A stretch of DNA of 27,261 bases from Candidatus Margulisiibacteriota bacterium (GTDB lineage Bacteria; Margulisbacteria; WOR-1; O2-12-FULL-45-9): NCBI GenBank assembly GCA_034723395.1, contig JAYEOW010000044.1, forward strand, positions 1-27,261, in the 5' to 3' direction. Of the stretch, positions 7,824 to 16,382 are shown piece by piece. The position numbers and the translations under genes were made by a program. The notes under the pieces are model-generated. The model saw only the letters and a list, made by a program, of their open reading frames with translations. It was not told where the DNA came from and did no database searches. Positions within the stretch are counted from its first letter, which is position 1; every line of letters begins with the position of its first letter.

Positions 7824-8216
7824 ATGAAAAGGATTCTTTTTGTTTGCATAGAGAACTCGTGCCGTTCCCAAATGGCGGAAGGTTTTGCAAAAAAATTGGG
7901 GGCCGGCAAGGTCGAAGCATATTCTGCCGGCTCAAGGCCTTCCGGTGCGGTTAACCCGCACGCTGTCGCCGTTATGCAGGAGATCGGAATCGATATTTCG
8001 GCACAAAAATCTAACGGTTTTTTCGATCTCCCCTACCAGAAATTCGATTACATTATCACCATGGGATGTAAGGATAGCTGTCCCCTCTATCCATCGAAGG
8101 AAACGATTGACTGGGAGATTGAACCTCCACATGGAAGCGATCTGGATCTCTTTCGCCGCATTCGCGATGAGATTCAAGAAAAGGTTAAGGGATTCTTAAA
8201 TGCGCTCAAGGCGTAA
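7824..8216 (+). CDS. arsC: ArsC/LMW-PTP family protein (thioredoxin-type arsenate reductase-like)
   Basis: MKRILFVCIENSCRSQMAEG, SAG, ITMGCKDSCP; start reassigned to ATG 7824 just after the rbr stop. Confidence 0.85.
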   Translation: MKRILFVCIENSCRSQMAEGFAKKLGAGKVEAYSAGSRPSGAVNPHAVAVMQEIGIDISAQKSNGFFDLPYQKFDYIITMGCKDSCPLYPSKETIDWEIEPPHGSDLDLFRRIRDEIQEKVKGFLNALKA

Positions 8217-8778
8217 AAAGAAAATCGTATTAGCCTCCACCTCCCCACGCAGAAAAAAACTGCTAAAAAAGATCTGTAGGAGCTTCCAGGTTATCCCCAG
8301 CCACCTTGACGAATCGAAGCTAAAGGCAAAGAGCCCTGAAGGATTTGCGGTTAAGGCAGCCATTGCCAAAGCCGAAGATATCGCCCTAAAAAAAAGGGGG
8401 ACATTGGTAATAGGGGCGGACACCATCGTTGTCCTCGGAAAAAAGATTTTGGGAAAACCAAAAAACAAAAAAGATGCGATTCGCATGTTAAAAAGCTTAT
8501 CTGGAAGAATCCACCAAGTTATTACCGGGATTGCCATCATTGATTCGGAAACCTTTAAAACCTCTGCCGATTATGTTGTAACTAAAGTGCAATTTAAAAA
8601 GTTATCAGACAAAACAATCTTCGACTATGTCCAATCGGGAAAACCCCTAGATAAAGCCGGCTCATACGGGATCCAAGAAATAGAAAATGAATTTGGCATT
8701 GAGATTAAAGGGGATTATAATAACGTAGTTGGCCTGCCATTAAAAGGGCTCAAAAAACTACTATGCCAAGTAAAATAA
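8200..8778 (+). CDS. maf: Maf family nucleoside triphosphate pyrophosphatase (YhdE-like)
   Basis: LASTSPRR, GADTIV, GKP, DKAGSYGIQ, VVGLP. Confidence 0.92.
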   Translation: MRSRRKKKIVLASTSPRRKKLLKKICRSFQVIPSHLDESKLKAKSPEGFAVKAAIAKAEDIALKKRGTLVIGADTIVVLGKKILGKPKNKKDAIRMLKSLSGRIHQVITGIAIIDSETFKTSADYVVTKVQFKKLSDKTIFDYVQSGKPLDKAGSYGIQEIENEFGIEIKGDYNNVVGLPLKGLKKLLCQVK

Positions 8779-9647
8779 TAATTCTTATCTCCCTTTCTAT
8801 TATCCTTGCCTCAACTTGCATCGCAAAAGATATCCCAAGCATGCTTTCTGATGCCAAAAAACTAAAATATGCCGAAAAATTAAATAAAGAAGTTGATGCG
8901 CTAATTGTAAAAGCGATCAGCAAGATAGAGCGCGGACTCAATCCAGAGAGGGTTTATCTCGACACCGAAAGAGAACTTTTTGATATGCAGAAAAGTGCTA
9001 ATCAATCCTGGAAAGGCCATGGGCCAGAGATATTGAAACCAGCGATGGAGAAATTGATAAATTATTACGACGAGAAAGAGCTCCCCGACCCCTCGGACCC
9101 ACTCTTGCTATCAATTAGTGCCTCACCCGAAGTTACCCAAGAAGGAGAAGTTTCCGAATTAACCGTTACCATAAAAAATCGTTCTTCCCTCCCAATTATT
9201 TTGATCGATTTTCAATTCGAAGGATTGGATTATTTAACCTTTGCCTGGCAAAAATCGATGCGTGGGGATTTAAGTTACGACGGAACAAAAGATGTTTTTG
9301 TCTATAACCCACTCGCCCAGCAAGAGACCTATCATCATTTTAACTTAGGGCTCCTTTTCCCAGGACAAACAACTACCTTCCATAAAACCGCCCGCATCCC
9401 CGAGCCAAAGCCGACTGCCTACCTCCGCTTTGTGCCGGTTAGCAGCTATGACCTGAAAAATATTTACTCAACCACCGATAGCACTATTTACTCTCAAGCC
9501 GACATATTCGAGCTTCAGCGCAATGCCCCGGTAGAAATCACTCTTTCCGATAAGAACACATTCCCGGGAAAAGGAACAATTATTTTTGATACTGAAGAAA
9601 GCATAATCCGGATGCAGTCCTTCACCTTGGATTTGGGCCCAAAATAG
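8763..9647 (+). CDS. Hypothetical exported protein
   Basis: 294-aa ORF overlapping the maf end; signal peptide; helical N-half then beta-rich segment (SELTVTIKNRS). Confidence 0.7.
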   Translation: MPSKIIILISLSIILASTCIAKDIPSMLSDAKKLKYAEKLNKEVDALIVKAISKIERGLNPERVYLDTERELFDMQKSANQSWKGHGPEILKPAMEKLINYYDEKELPDPSDPLLLSISASPEVTQEGEVSELTVTIKNRSSLPIILIDFQFEGLDYLTFAWQKSMRGDLSYDGTKDVFVYNPLAQQETYHHFNLGLLFPGQTTTFHKTARIPEPKPTAYLRFVPVSSYDLKNIYSTTDSTIYSQADIFELQRNAPVEITLSDKNTFPGKGTIIFDTEESIIRMQSFTLDLGPK

Positions 9648-9661
9648 GGTAAAATAATTCC

Positions 9662-11341
9662 ATGCAGCCCCGTATTCAGCTACTCCCCGAAGACCTTATC
9701 AACAAGATCGCTGCCGGTGAAGTTATTGAACGACCTGCCTCAGTGGTAAAAGAGCTGGTCGAAAATTCGATCGATGCCGGGGCTACCCGCATTACGGTCG
9801 ACATTCAAGGCGCCGGGGGTAAAATGGTCCGTATTTCCGACAATGGTCATGGAATGACCAAAGAGGAGGTCGAAATATCGGTCCAAAGGCACTCTACTTC
9901 GAAGATAAATTCGGTCGATGACCTTTTTAATATCCAAAGCCTCGGATTCCGCGGTGAAGCGATCCCCTCTATCGCCAGCGTTTCAAAACTTAATATTCTA
10001 AGCCAATCTAATGGATCCGGAACGAGGTTAAAACTTGAAGGGGGAAAACAAACCTTACTCGAAAATGCTGGAGCTCCCCAAGGAACAACTATTACAATCA
10101 AAGATCTATTCTTCAACACTCCGGCAAGAAAAAAATTTATGAAGTCTCCCGCGACCGAAATGGGACATATCGGAAATATCGTCTCAAAGTACGCGCTAGC
10201 CAACCCGAACATCTCCTTTAAGCTTATCTCCGACGGGAAACCTCTCCTCACCTCTCCTGGATCAGGAAATCTAAAAGACGCGGCAGTTGCGGTATATGGA
10301 ATTGATCTAGTAAAAGGGCTGGTTGAAACTGAATTTCAATTTCGCTTAGGAAAGGTTCATGGGTTAATCAGCCTTCCTACCCTAACCCGGATTGATAAAA
10401 ACTACGAAACCTTTTTTGTTAACAAAAGATATGTCCGTAATTTTCTCCTGAACCGCGCTTTGGAAGAGGGGTATCGAACATTAATTCCAGGGAATCGTTA
10501 TCCGGTTGCGATTCTGTTTATCGATATCGACCCCAAACAAATTGATGTTAATGTCCACCCCACCAAGCGGGAAGTTAAGTTTGTGAAAACGAACGAAGTG
10601 ATGCAAGCGATTTCTGATGCGGTTAGGAAAGCTCTTGTTAAAGACGATCAGAATATCGGAACATCAGAGCGAGATGATCAGATGATTAGAGTATCAGAGG
10701 AGCCGAATTTTCTTTTTAATTCAGCCCCTTTTATTCCAAGCCAAGAAATCGAGCTGGAGGTTTCCGGGATCCAACCACTATTCCCAATTTATCAATATAA
10801 GGGTACATATATTATTTGCACCGATGGCGAAGAATTGGTGCTTATTGATCAGCACGCTGCACACGAACGGATTATCTACGACCGCCTTAGTAAATTAAAA
10901 ACCGAAAACAACAAACAAACTTTGTTAATCCCGGAAAACGTCGAGCTAGCTCCAAAAGATAAAGCTACTCTCGCCGCAAATATTGATCAACTTAAAGATT
11001 ACGGATTCGAGATCGAAGATTTTGGGAATAATACTTATATAATCAGATCGGTCCCTGCGGTTTCAGCAAAGAGCGCCCCAAAACAGCTGCTAATCGATCT
11101 TGTTTCCGATCTAGGCAATCTTGGCAAGGCTACTCAATTGGAAATTAAAAAAGAAAACATTCGAAAGTTGATCGCCTGCCATAGCGCAATTAAGGCTGGG
11201 GATAAATTAACCGCTGAAGAGATGAATCAACTGATCAGAGATCTATATACTACCGAAACCCCCCTCACCTGCCCTCACGGCCGCCCAACAATGGTAAAAA
11301 TCGGTAAAGAGGAATTAAAAAAGCGCTTCGGACGGACGTAA
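9662..11341 (+). CDS. mutL: DNA mismatch repair endonuclease MutL
   Basis: IAAGEVIERPASVVKELVENSIDAG, GFRGEA, DVNVHPTKREV, DQHAAHER, ACH, CPHGRP. Confidence 0.98.
   Translation: MQPRIQLLPEDLINKIAAGEVIERPASVVKELVENSIDAGATRITVDIQGAGGKMVRISDNGHGMTKEEVEISVQRHSTSKINSVDDLFNIQSLGFRGEAIPSIASVSKLNILSQSNGSGTRLKLEGGKQTLLENAGAPQGTTITIKDLFFNTPARKKFMKSPATEMGHIGNIVSKYALANPNISFKLISDGKPLLTSPGSGNLKDAAVAVYGIDLVKGLVETEFQFRLGKVHGLISLPTLTRIDKNYETFFVNKRYVRNFLLNRALEEGYRTLIPGNRYPVAILFIDIDPKQIDVNVHPTKREVKFVKTNEVMQAISDAVRKALVKDDQNIGTSERDDQMIRVSEEPNFLFNSAPFIPSQEIELEVSGIQPLFPIYQYKGTYIICTDGEELVLIDQHAAHERIIYDRLSKLKTENNKQTLLIPENVELAPKDKATLAANIDQLKDYGFEIEDFGNNTYIIRSVPAVSAKSAPKQLLIDLVSDLGNLGKATQLEIKKENIRKLIACHSAIKAGDKLTAEEMNQLIRDLYTTETPLTCPHGRPTMVKIGKEELKKRFGRT
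10645..10698 (+). repeat. Degenerate 8-bp tandem repeat (nnATCAGA) inside the MutL linker
   Basis: cgatcaga atatcgga acatcaga (gcgaga) tgatcaga tgattaga gtatcaga. Confidence 0.55.
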
Positions 11342-11360
11342 CTGTCGACAGCTCGACATC

Positions 11361-11470
11361 CCCTCGACTCACTACATTCGCTCGGGGTAAACCAAAAATT
11401 CCTACTATTGTGGCAAAAACTGCTTGCACCGAGCGTAGCCACGAGCGCAGCGAGAGGCGGAGTCGAGGTG
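11361..11470. repeat. REP/MITE-like inverted element
   Basis: Left arm CTCGACTCACTACATTCGCTCGG; right arm CCGAGCG...GAGTCGAG; left arm 21/23 identical to 18282-18304. Confidence 0.7.
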
Positions 11471-11496
11471 GCAATAAGATTGCTCTCTTCTTAACG

Positions 11497-12042
11497 ATGA
11501 ACAATTTAATCCCGGCGGAAAGCATAGAAAGTAAAATTTTCCTGATCAGAGGGGAAAAAGTATTGTTGGATAAGGATATTGCTGAACTTTATGGTATCGA
11601 TGTAAAAATATTAAATCAAGCCGTAAGCAGAAATCTATCACGCTTTCCCCATGATTTCGCCTTTAGATTAACAAAAAGAGAACACAAAAACTTGATGTTC
11701 CAAATTGGAACTTCAAACTTGAAGTCACAAATTGTGACTTCAAGTTGGGGCGGAGCTCGTAAACTCTCAAGAGTCTTCACTGAACAAGGAATCTCCATGT
11801 TATCAAGTGTTCTTCGTAACAAAAAGGCTATACAGGTAAATATTCTAATTATGCGTACATTTGTGAAAATTAGAAAATATCTCTCAAGTCATGCCGATCT
11901 AGCAAACAAATTAAAAGAGCTGGAACAAAACTATAAAAAACATGATCATAAAATTCATTCTATTATTAATACAATCCAGAAACTAGTTGCTCATGAAGAA
12001 AAGCCAAAAAAGAGGATCGGCTTCATTACAGAAAAAGAATAA
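11497..12042 (+). CDS. ORF6N domain (KilA-N-like) DNA-binding protein
   Basis: IRGEKVLLDKDIAELYG, LNQAVSRNLSRFPHDF, FTEQGISMLSSVL, C-terminal KKRIGF; start reassigned to ATG 11497. Confidence 0.92.
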   Translation: MNNLIPAESIESKIFLIRGEKVLLDKDIAELYGIDVKILNQAVSRNLSRFPHDFAFRLTKREHKNLMFQIGTSNLKSQIVTSSWGGARKLSRVFTEQGISMLSSVLRNKKAIQVNILIMRTFVKIRKYLSSHADLANKLKELEQNYKKHDHKIHSIINTIQKLVAHEEKPKKRIGFITEKE

Positions 12043-12055
12043 AAAAGCTATTAGT

Positions 12056-12084
12056 TTGACAGAAATTGTCCCCTCTGTTAATAT
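12056..12084 (+). promoter_or_regulatory. sigma70 promoter of topA
   Basis: TTGACA-17-TAATAT with extended -10 TG. Confidence 0.65.
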
Positions 12085-12098
12085 GACCCTTACATTAT

Positions 12099-14282
12099 AT
12101 GGCAAAAAAACTTGTAATCGTTGAGTCGCCCGCAAAGGCCAGGACCTTAAAGAAATTCTTGGGTAAAGGTTTTGAAGTTAAAGCGTGCGGCGGGCACATC
12201 CGCGACCTCCCCAAAAAGTCTATCGGCGTAAAGATCGATAAGGACTTTGAACCCACCTATAAAGTAATCAAAGGTAAAGAGAAAAACATAAAGGAGCTAA
12301 AGTCCTTCGCCCAAAAAGCAGAGATTGTTTTCCTCGCACCCGACCCTGACCGTGAAGGAGAGGCGATTGCCTGGCATCTCAAATACTTGATCGGCAAAGA
12401 GGAGAAGGTGAAAAGGATCGAGTTTAACGAGATCACCAAAGAAGCGGTCACTAATGCAGTCAAAAATCCTCGCGAGATCGATATGCCCCGCGTCAACGCC
12501 CAGCAGGCCCGCCGCATTCTCGACCGGATCGTCGGTTATAAATTAAGCCCGCTCCTTTGGAAAAAAGTAAGGAAAGGGCTCTCCGCCGGAAGGGTCCAAT
12601 CGGTCGCGGTCAGATTAATCTGTGAACGCGAAGTCCAGGTTCAAAAATTTAAGCCCCAGGAATACTGGGATATTATCGCCAACCTGGCAAACAAGGATAA
12701 AACAGGATTCCCCGCAAAGCTCATTAAAAAGGGAGATAATTCTTTAGGCGTCCGGCCCAAAGAGAAAGGAAAGATTATCAGCTCCAAGGCCGAAGCCGAA
12801 AAAATCATTAAAGATCTTGAGGGCGCAAATTATGTGATCAACAAGGTCAACCGCAAAGAGCAAAAGAGGCATGCGGCTCCTCCCTTTATCACCAGCACCC
12901 TCCAGCAGGAGGCTTCCCGAAAACTGGGCTATTCAGCAAAAAGGACGATGGTTATTGCCCAAAAACTTTATGAAGGGATCGACCTCCAGGGCGAGGGTCG
13001 CGTCGGTCTCATTACTTATATGCGTACCGATTCGGTGAGGATCGCCAACGAAGCCGAAACCGAAGTCAGGAAATATATCAAAGAGAGCTTTGGGGATGAG
13101 TTTCTCCCGGCAGCCCCATTACATTATAAAAAGAAAAAACAGGCTCAGGATGCTCACGAAGCTATTCGCCCTACTTCTGCCCTCCGCCATCCTGAAAAAA
13201 TTAAAGACAGCCTAAGGCCTGACGAATTAAAACTTTATGATCTCATCTGGAAACGCTTTGTCGCCTGTCAGATGAATTCGGCCGTCTTCGACCAAACCTC
13301 AGTTGATATTGGGGCTAAAGATCACACCTTTAGGGCAACCGGTTCGGTCCTAAAATTTGAAGGATTTATAAAAGTATATCTTGAGGACGAAGACGACGAA
13401 GGGGAAAAAGAAAAGGCTGGAACCCTCCCCATGTTAAACGAAAAAGAAGTCCTTAACCTTATTTCCCTTATCCCTAGCCAACACTTTACCCAACCTCCCC
13501 CGCGCTACACCGAGGCGTCCCTTGTAAAGGAGCTCGAAAAAAAAGGGATCGGCAGGCCTTCTACTTACGCCCCGATCATCTCAACTGTCCAGGATCGCGG
13601 CTATATCGAAAAAGAGGGAAAAGCGCTCAAGCCTACGAAGATCGGAACCGTCGTTAACGGCCTTTTGGTAAAACATTTTCCGCAAATCATGGACTACACG
13701 TTTACCGCCCACATGGAAGACGACCTGGACGATATTGTTGCTTCTAAAATGGACTGGGTCGATACATTAAAAGAATTTTACGATCCGTTCTCGAAAGCGC
13801 TGGCCGACGCGGAACTGAAAATGGAAAAGGTCAAAAAAGAGATCAAGACCGAAGAGATCTGCCCGGAATGCGGCAAGCACTTGGTTATCCGCGAAGGTCG
13901 CTATGGCGATTTTATGGCTTGTTCCGGTTACCCAAAATGCAAATTCACCAAGAACCTGAAAGAAGAGGAAGAAAAAGCCCTGGAGGGTTCGGAAAAATGC
14001 GAGAAGTGCGGAAAGCCGATGGCCCTAAAGCATAGCCGTTATGGCAGCTTCCTCGCTTGTTCCGGCTATCCCGCATGTAAGAACATAAAACCCCTCCTAA
14101 AGAAGATTGGGATCCCCTGCCCAAAATGCGGGGAAGGAGAACTGGTCGAGAGAAGAACCCGTCGCCGAAAGATCTTTTACGGCTGCAGCAACTATCCAAA
14201 ATGCGATTACGCCACCTGGCAAAGGCCTACCACCCCAAAACCGGACGTGGAAGGAAACCAGAAGGAGGATAAAAATGATTAG
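12099..14282 (+). CDS. topA: DNA topoisomerase I
   Basis: LVIVESPAK, DPDREGEAI, SAGRVQS, LITYMRTDS, QDAHEAIRP; three C-terminal C4 zinc ribbons. Confidence 0.98.
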   Translation: MAKKLVIVESPAKARTLKKFLGKGFEVKACGGHIRDLPKKSIGVKIDKDFEPTYKVIKGKEKNIKELKSFAQKAEIVFLAPDPDREGEAIAWHLKYLIGKEEKVKRIEFNEITKEAVTNAVKNPREIDMPRVNAQQARRILDRIVGYKLSPLLWKKVRKGLSAGRVQSVAVRLICEREVQVQKFKPQEYWDIIANLANKDKTGFPAKLIKKGDNSLGVRPKEKGKIISSKAEAEKIIKDLEGANYVINKVNRKEQKRHAAPPFITSTLQQEASRKLGYSAKRTMVIAQKLYEGIDLQGEGRVGLITYMRTDSVRIANEAETEVRKYIKESFGDEFLPAAPLHYKKKKQAQDAHEAIRPTSALRHPEKIKDSLRPDELKLYDLIWKRFVACQMNSAVFDQTSVDIGAKDHTFRATGSVLKFEGFIKVYLEDEDDEGEKEKAGTLPMLNEKEVLNLISLIPSQHFTQPPPRYTEASLVKELEKKGIGRPSTYAPIISTVQDRGYIEKEGKALKPTKIGTVVNGLLVKHFPQIMDYTFTAHMEDDLDDIVASKMDWVDTLKEFYDPFSKALADAELKMEKVKKEIKTEEICPECGKHLVIREGRYGDFMACSGYPKCKFTKNLKEEEEKALEGSEKCEKCGKPMALKHSRYGSFLACSGYPACKNIKPLLKKIGIPCPKCGEGELVERRTRRRKIFYGCSNYPKCDYATWQRPTTPKPDVEGNQKEDKND

Positions 14283-14376
14283 GGACTTTTTTACTAAAAA
14301 TATTCACATCAAGGTCCTCGCGCTGGTCCTTGCTATTCTCCTTTGGGCGATCGCCCGCTTCTGGCTGATAAAATAG
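14275..14376 (+). CDS. 33-aa single-TM miniprotein resembling the CdaR/YbbR N-terminal helix
   Basis: SD AAGGAGG before ATG 14275; MIRDFFTKNIHIKVLALVLAILLWAIARFWLIK; overlaps the topA stop. Confidence 0.7.
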   Translation: MIRDFFTKNIHIKVLALVLAILLWAIARFWLIK

Positions 14377-14394
14377 TAACTCTTATTTAATATC

Positions 14395-15243
14395 ATGAAG
14401 CTAATAAAAACCTCCAAAGAGATGCATGAGCTCGCATCCAATATCCGCGTAAAAGGCAAAACCATCGGCCTCGTTCCTACCATGGGATATCTTCACGACG
14501 GGCACTTATCACTGGTTGAAGAGGCAAAAAAAAGATCGGACGTAGTTGTGGTAAGCATTTTCGTAAACCCGGCACAGTTCGGCCCGGGAGAAGACTTAAA
14601 AAAATATCCAAAAGACCTTGCCAGAGATAAAGCGCTGCTAAAAAGCTTTGGTGTCGATTTCCTGTTCTGCCCAAAAGTAAACGATATATATCCCGAAGGT
14701 TTTAACACTTTCGTCGAAGTAAAGGACCTGCCCGATAAGCTTTGCGGAAGAAGCCGCCCGGCTCATTTTCGCGGAGTAACCACAATTGTTGCAAAGCTTT
14801 TTAACATTATCTCGCCAACCTGCGCTTTTTTTGGCGAAAAAGATTACCAGCAACAGTTGATCATCAAACGGATGGTAAAAGATCTCGGCTTGCCGGTCGA
14901 AGTTATTTCGCTCCCAACAGTCAGAGAGTTTGATGGGCTGGCCATGAGCTCAAGGAATAATTATTTAAGCAATAAACAAAAGACCTCCGCCGCCTCACTT
15001 TATCGCGCCCTCTCCTTTGCCAGGCAGGAGATCGAAGGGGGAGAAAAAGGGAGCGGGAAAATAATTTCTCAGATGCGGGCTTTGATCAAAAAAAATCCCG
15101 GCATAAAGATAGATTATCTCGCAATTGTTGACCCTCAAACCCTTCGCGACGTTAAAACCATCAAAGGGCCCGCGCTCATTGCAATAGCCGCTTATATCGG
15201 AAAGGCTCGCCTGATCGACAACATACTAGCTTCAGTAAAATGA
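14395..15243 (+). CDS. panC: Pantoate--beta-alanine ligase
   Basis: VPTMGYLHDGH, SIFVNPAQF, FGEKDYQQ, GLAMSSRN, RLIDN. Confidence 0.97.
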   Translation: MKLIKTSKEMHELASNIRVKGKTIGLVPTMGYLHDGHLSLVEEAKKRSDVVVVSIFVNPAQFGPGEDLKKYPKDLARDKALLKSFGVDFLFCPKVNDIYPEGFNTFVEVKDLPDKLCGRSRPAHFRGVTTIVAKLFNIISPTCAFFGEKDYQQQLIIKRMVKDLGLPVEVISLPTVREFDGLAMSSRNNYLSNKQKTSAASLYRALSFARQEIEGGEKGSGKIISQMRALIKKNPGIKIDYLAIVDPQTLRDVKTIKGPALIAIAAYIGKARLIDNILASVK

Positions 15244-15629
15244 AAAAAAACATATCTGCCGGCAGGCAGGGTTTTACATTAATCGAACTGCTAATTGTGA
15301 TTTCAATCGTGGGAATTACCCTCTTTGCCTCTTTCCCCGGTATTAATCGTTTTTCAAAACAGCTTTCTTTGAGCGGAGCGGCAAAAGCGGTCGTCTCTGA
15401 GATCAGGTCTATCCAAAAAAACGCCCTCTTGCGACATGAGACGCTATCGCTTAATTTTAATAAAATATCGCTTCCCCCGGGGATAAATATTATAAAATCC
15501 AGCAATATCAAGTTTGCCTCTTCCGGCTATCCCCCTCCGGGAGGATCGGGAAGCATAATCCTGCAAAACCAAAACGGGCAGACAAAAAAAGTGATCATCT
15601 CTTCTTCCGGGAGGGTGCGCGTTGAATAA
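15240..15629 (+). CDS. Type IV minor pilin/pseudopilin (FimT/GspH-like)
   Basis: Class III signal G|FTLIELL; C-terminal SSSGRVRV. Confidence 0.85.
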   Translation: MKKNISAGRQGFTLIELLIVISIVGITLFASFPGINRFSKQLSLSGAAKAVVSEIRSIQKNALLRHETLSLNFNKISLPPGINIIKSSNIKFASSGYPPPGGSGSIILQNQNGQTKKVIISSSGRVRVE

Positions 15630-15963
15630 GCGGGGTTTTACTCTAATCGAACTACTGGTCGCTACCCTTCTTTTTCTTATTTCTGTCCTCTCCTTCGGCT
15701 ACATATTAAAAGTTGGCATGGTCTCGGTTGAAACCGCTTCCCGGCTAAACAATGGCTTATTCGTTCTTCAATCTAAGGCCGAAGAGCTCCGCGCCCGACC
15801 TTTTACTTCGCTAATGTTACTGAACGGTAAAACATTTGCAAACGGCAAAGGAAAGATCAAGGTTGTAAGCGCGCTGGCCGACCTTGCCAAGATCGACTTC
15901 GAGCTTTATTGGGACAGCAACAAAGCCCCAATAAATTTCACCACATTAAGGAGCAAATATTAG
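15622..15963 (+). CDS. Type IV minor pilin (PilV-like)
   Basis: TTG start; KRG|FTLIELLVA. Confidence 0.8.
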   Translation: MNKRGFTLIELLVATLLFLISVLSFGYILKVGMVSVETASRLNNGLFVLQSKAEELRARPFTSLMLLNGKTFANGKGKIKVVSALADLAKIDFELYWDSNKAPINFTTLRSKY

Positions 15964-15964
15964 G

Positions 15965-16381
15965 ATGGGCAGGAAGGGCTTTACTTTAATAGAATTAATC
16001 GTTTCTCTAATCATTTTTAGCGTTTTTATAAGCGGCCTTTTTTATTCATTCAAAGTGAACCTCGGATTTTGGGAAAAAATTACCGGCCAGTGCGAAAAAG
16101 AGCAAATTGCCGGATTCGTACTAGCTAGGATAACCCGGGATGGAAGGGTAGCGAAAGAGGTCCTCCCGGGATCCAGCCAGCATATGCTACGGCTTCAAAT
16201 AGGCGCTGATATTATAGAATATTCTCTTTACAACAATAAGGTAAAAAGAAAAAAGAACAATTATTCATCATATCTCACCGATGTAGACGACATAAACAAC
16301 TTGGGCTTCTCCTTCCCGAGCCCAGGACTAGTTGCCGTAACCATAGAAGACCTCAGCACGACAATTTATTTGAGGAATTAA
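15965..16381 (+). CDS. Type IV minor pilin (PilW/GspJ-like)
   Basis: RKG|FTLIELIVS; C-terminal IYLRN. Confidence 0.82.
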   Translation: MGRKGFTLIELIVSLIIFSVFISGLFYSFKVNLGFWEKITGQCEKEQIAGFVLARITRDGRVAKEVLPGSSQHMLRLQIGADIIEYSLYNNKVKRKKNNYSSYLTDVDDINNLGFSFPSPGLVAVTIEDLSTTIYLRN

Positions 16382-16382
16382 A

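Noticed and set aside
11410..11496. ORF-track N-terminal extension of the ORF6N protein
   Set aside because: It is a translation of the REP-like element; ATG 11497 matches the family start.
14107..14274. Upstream part of the 89-aa ORF
   Set aside because: Alternative frame inside topA; only the SD-led 33-aa part from 14275 is credible.
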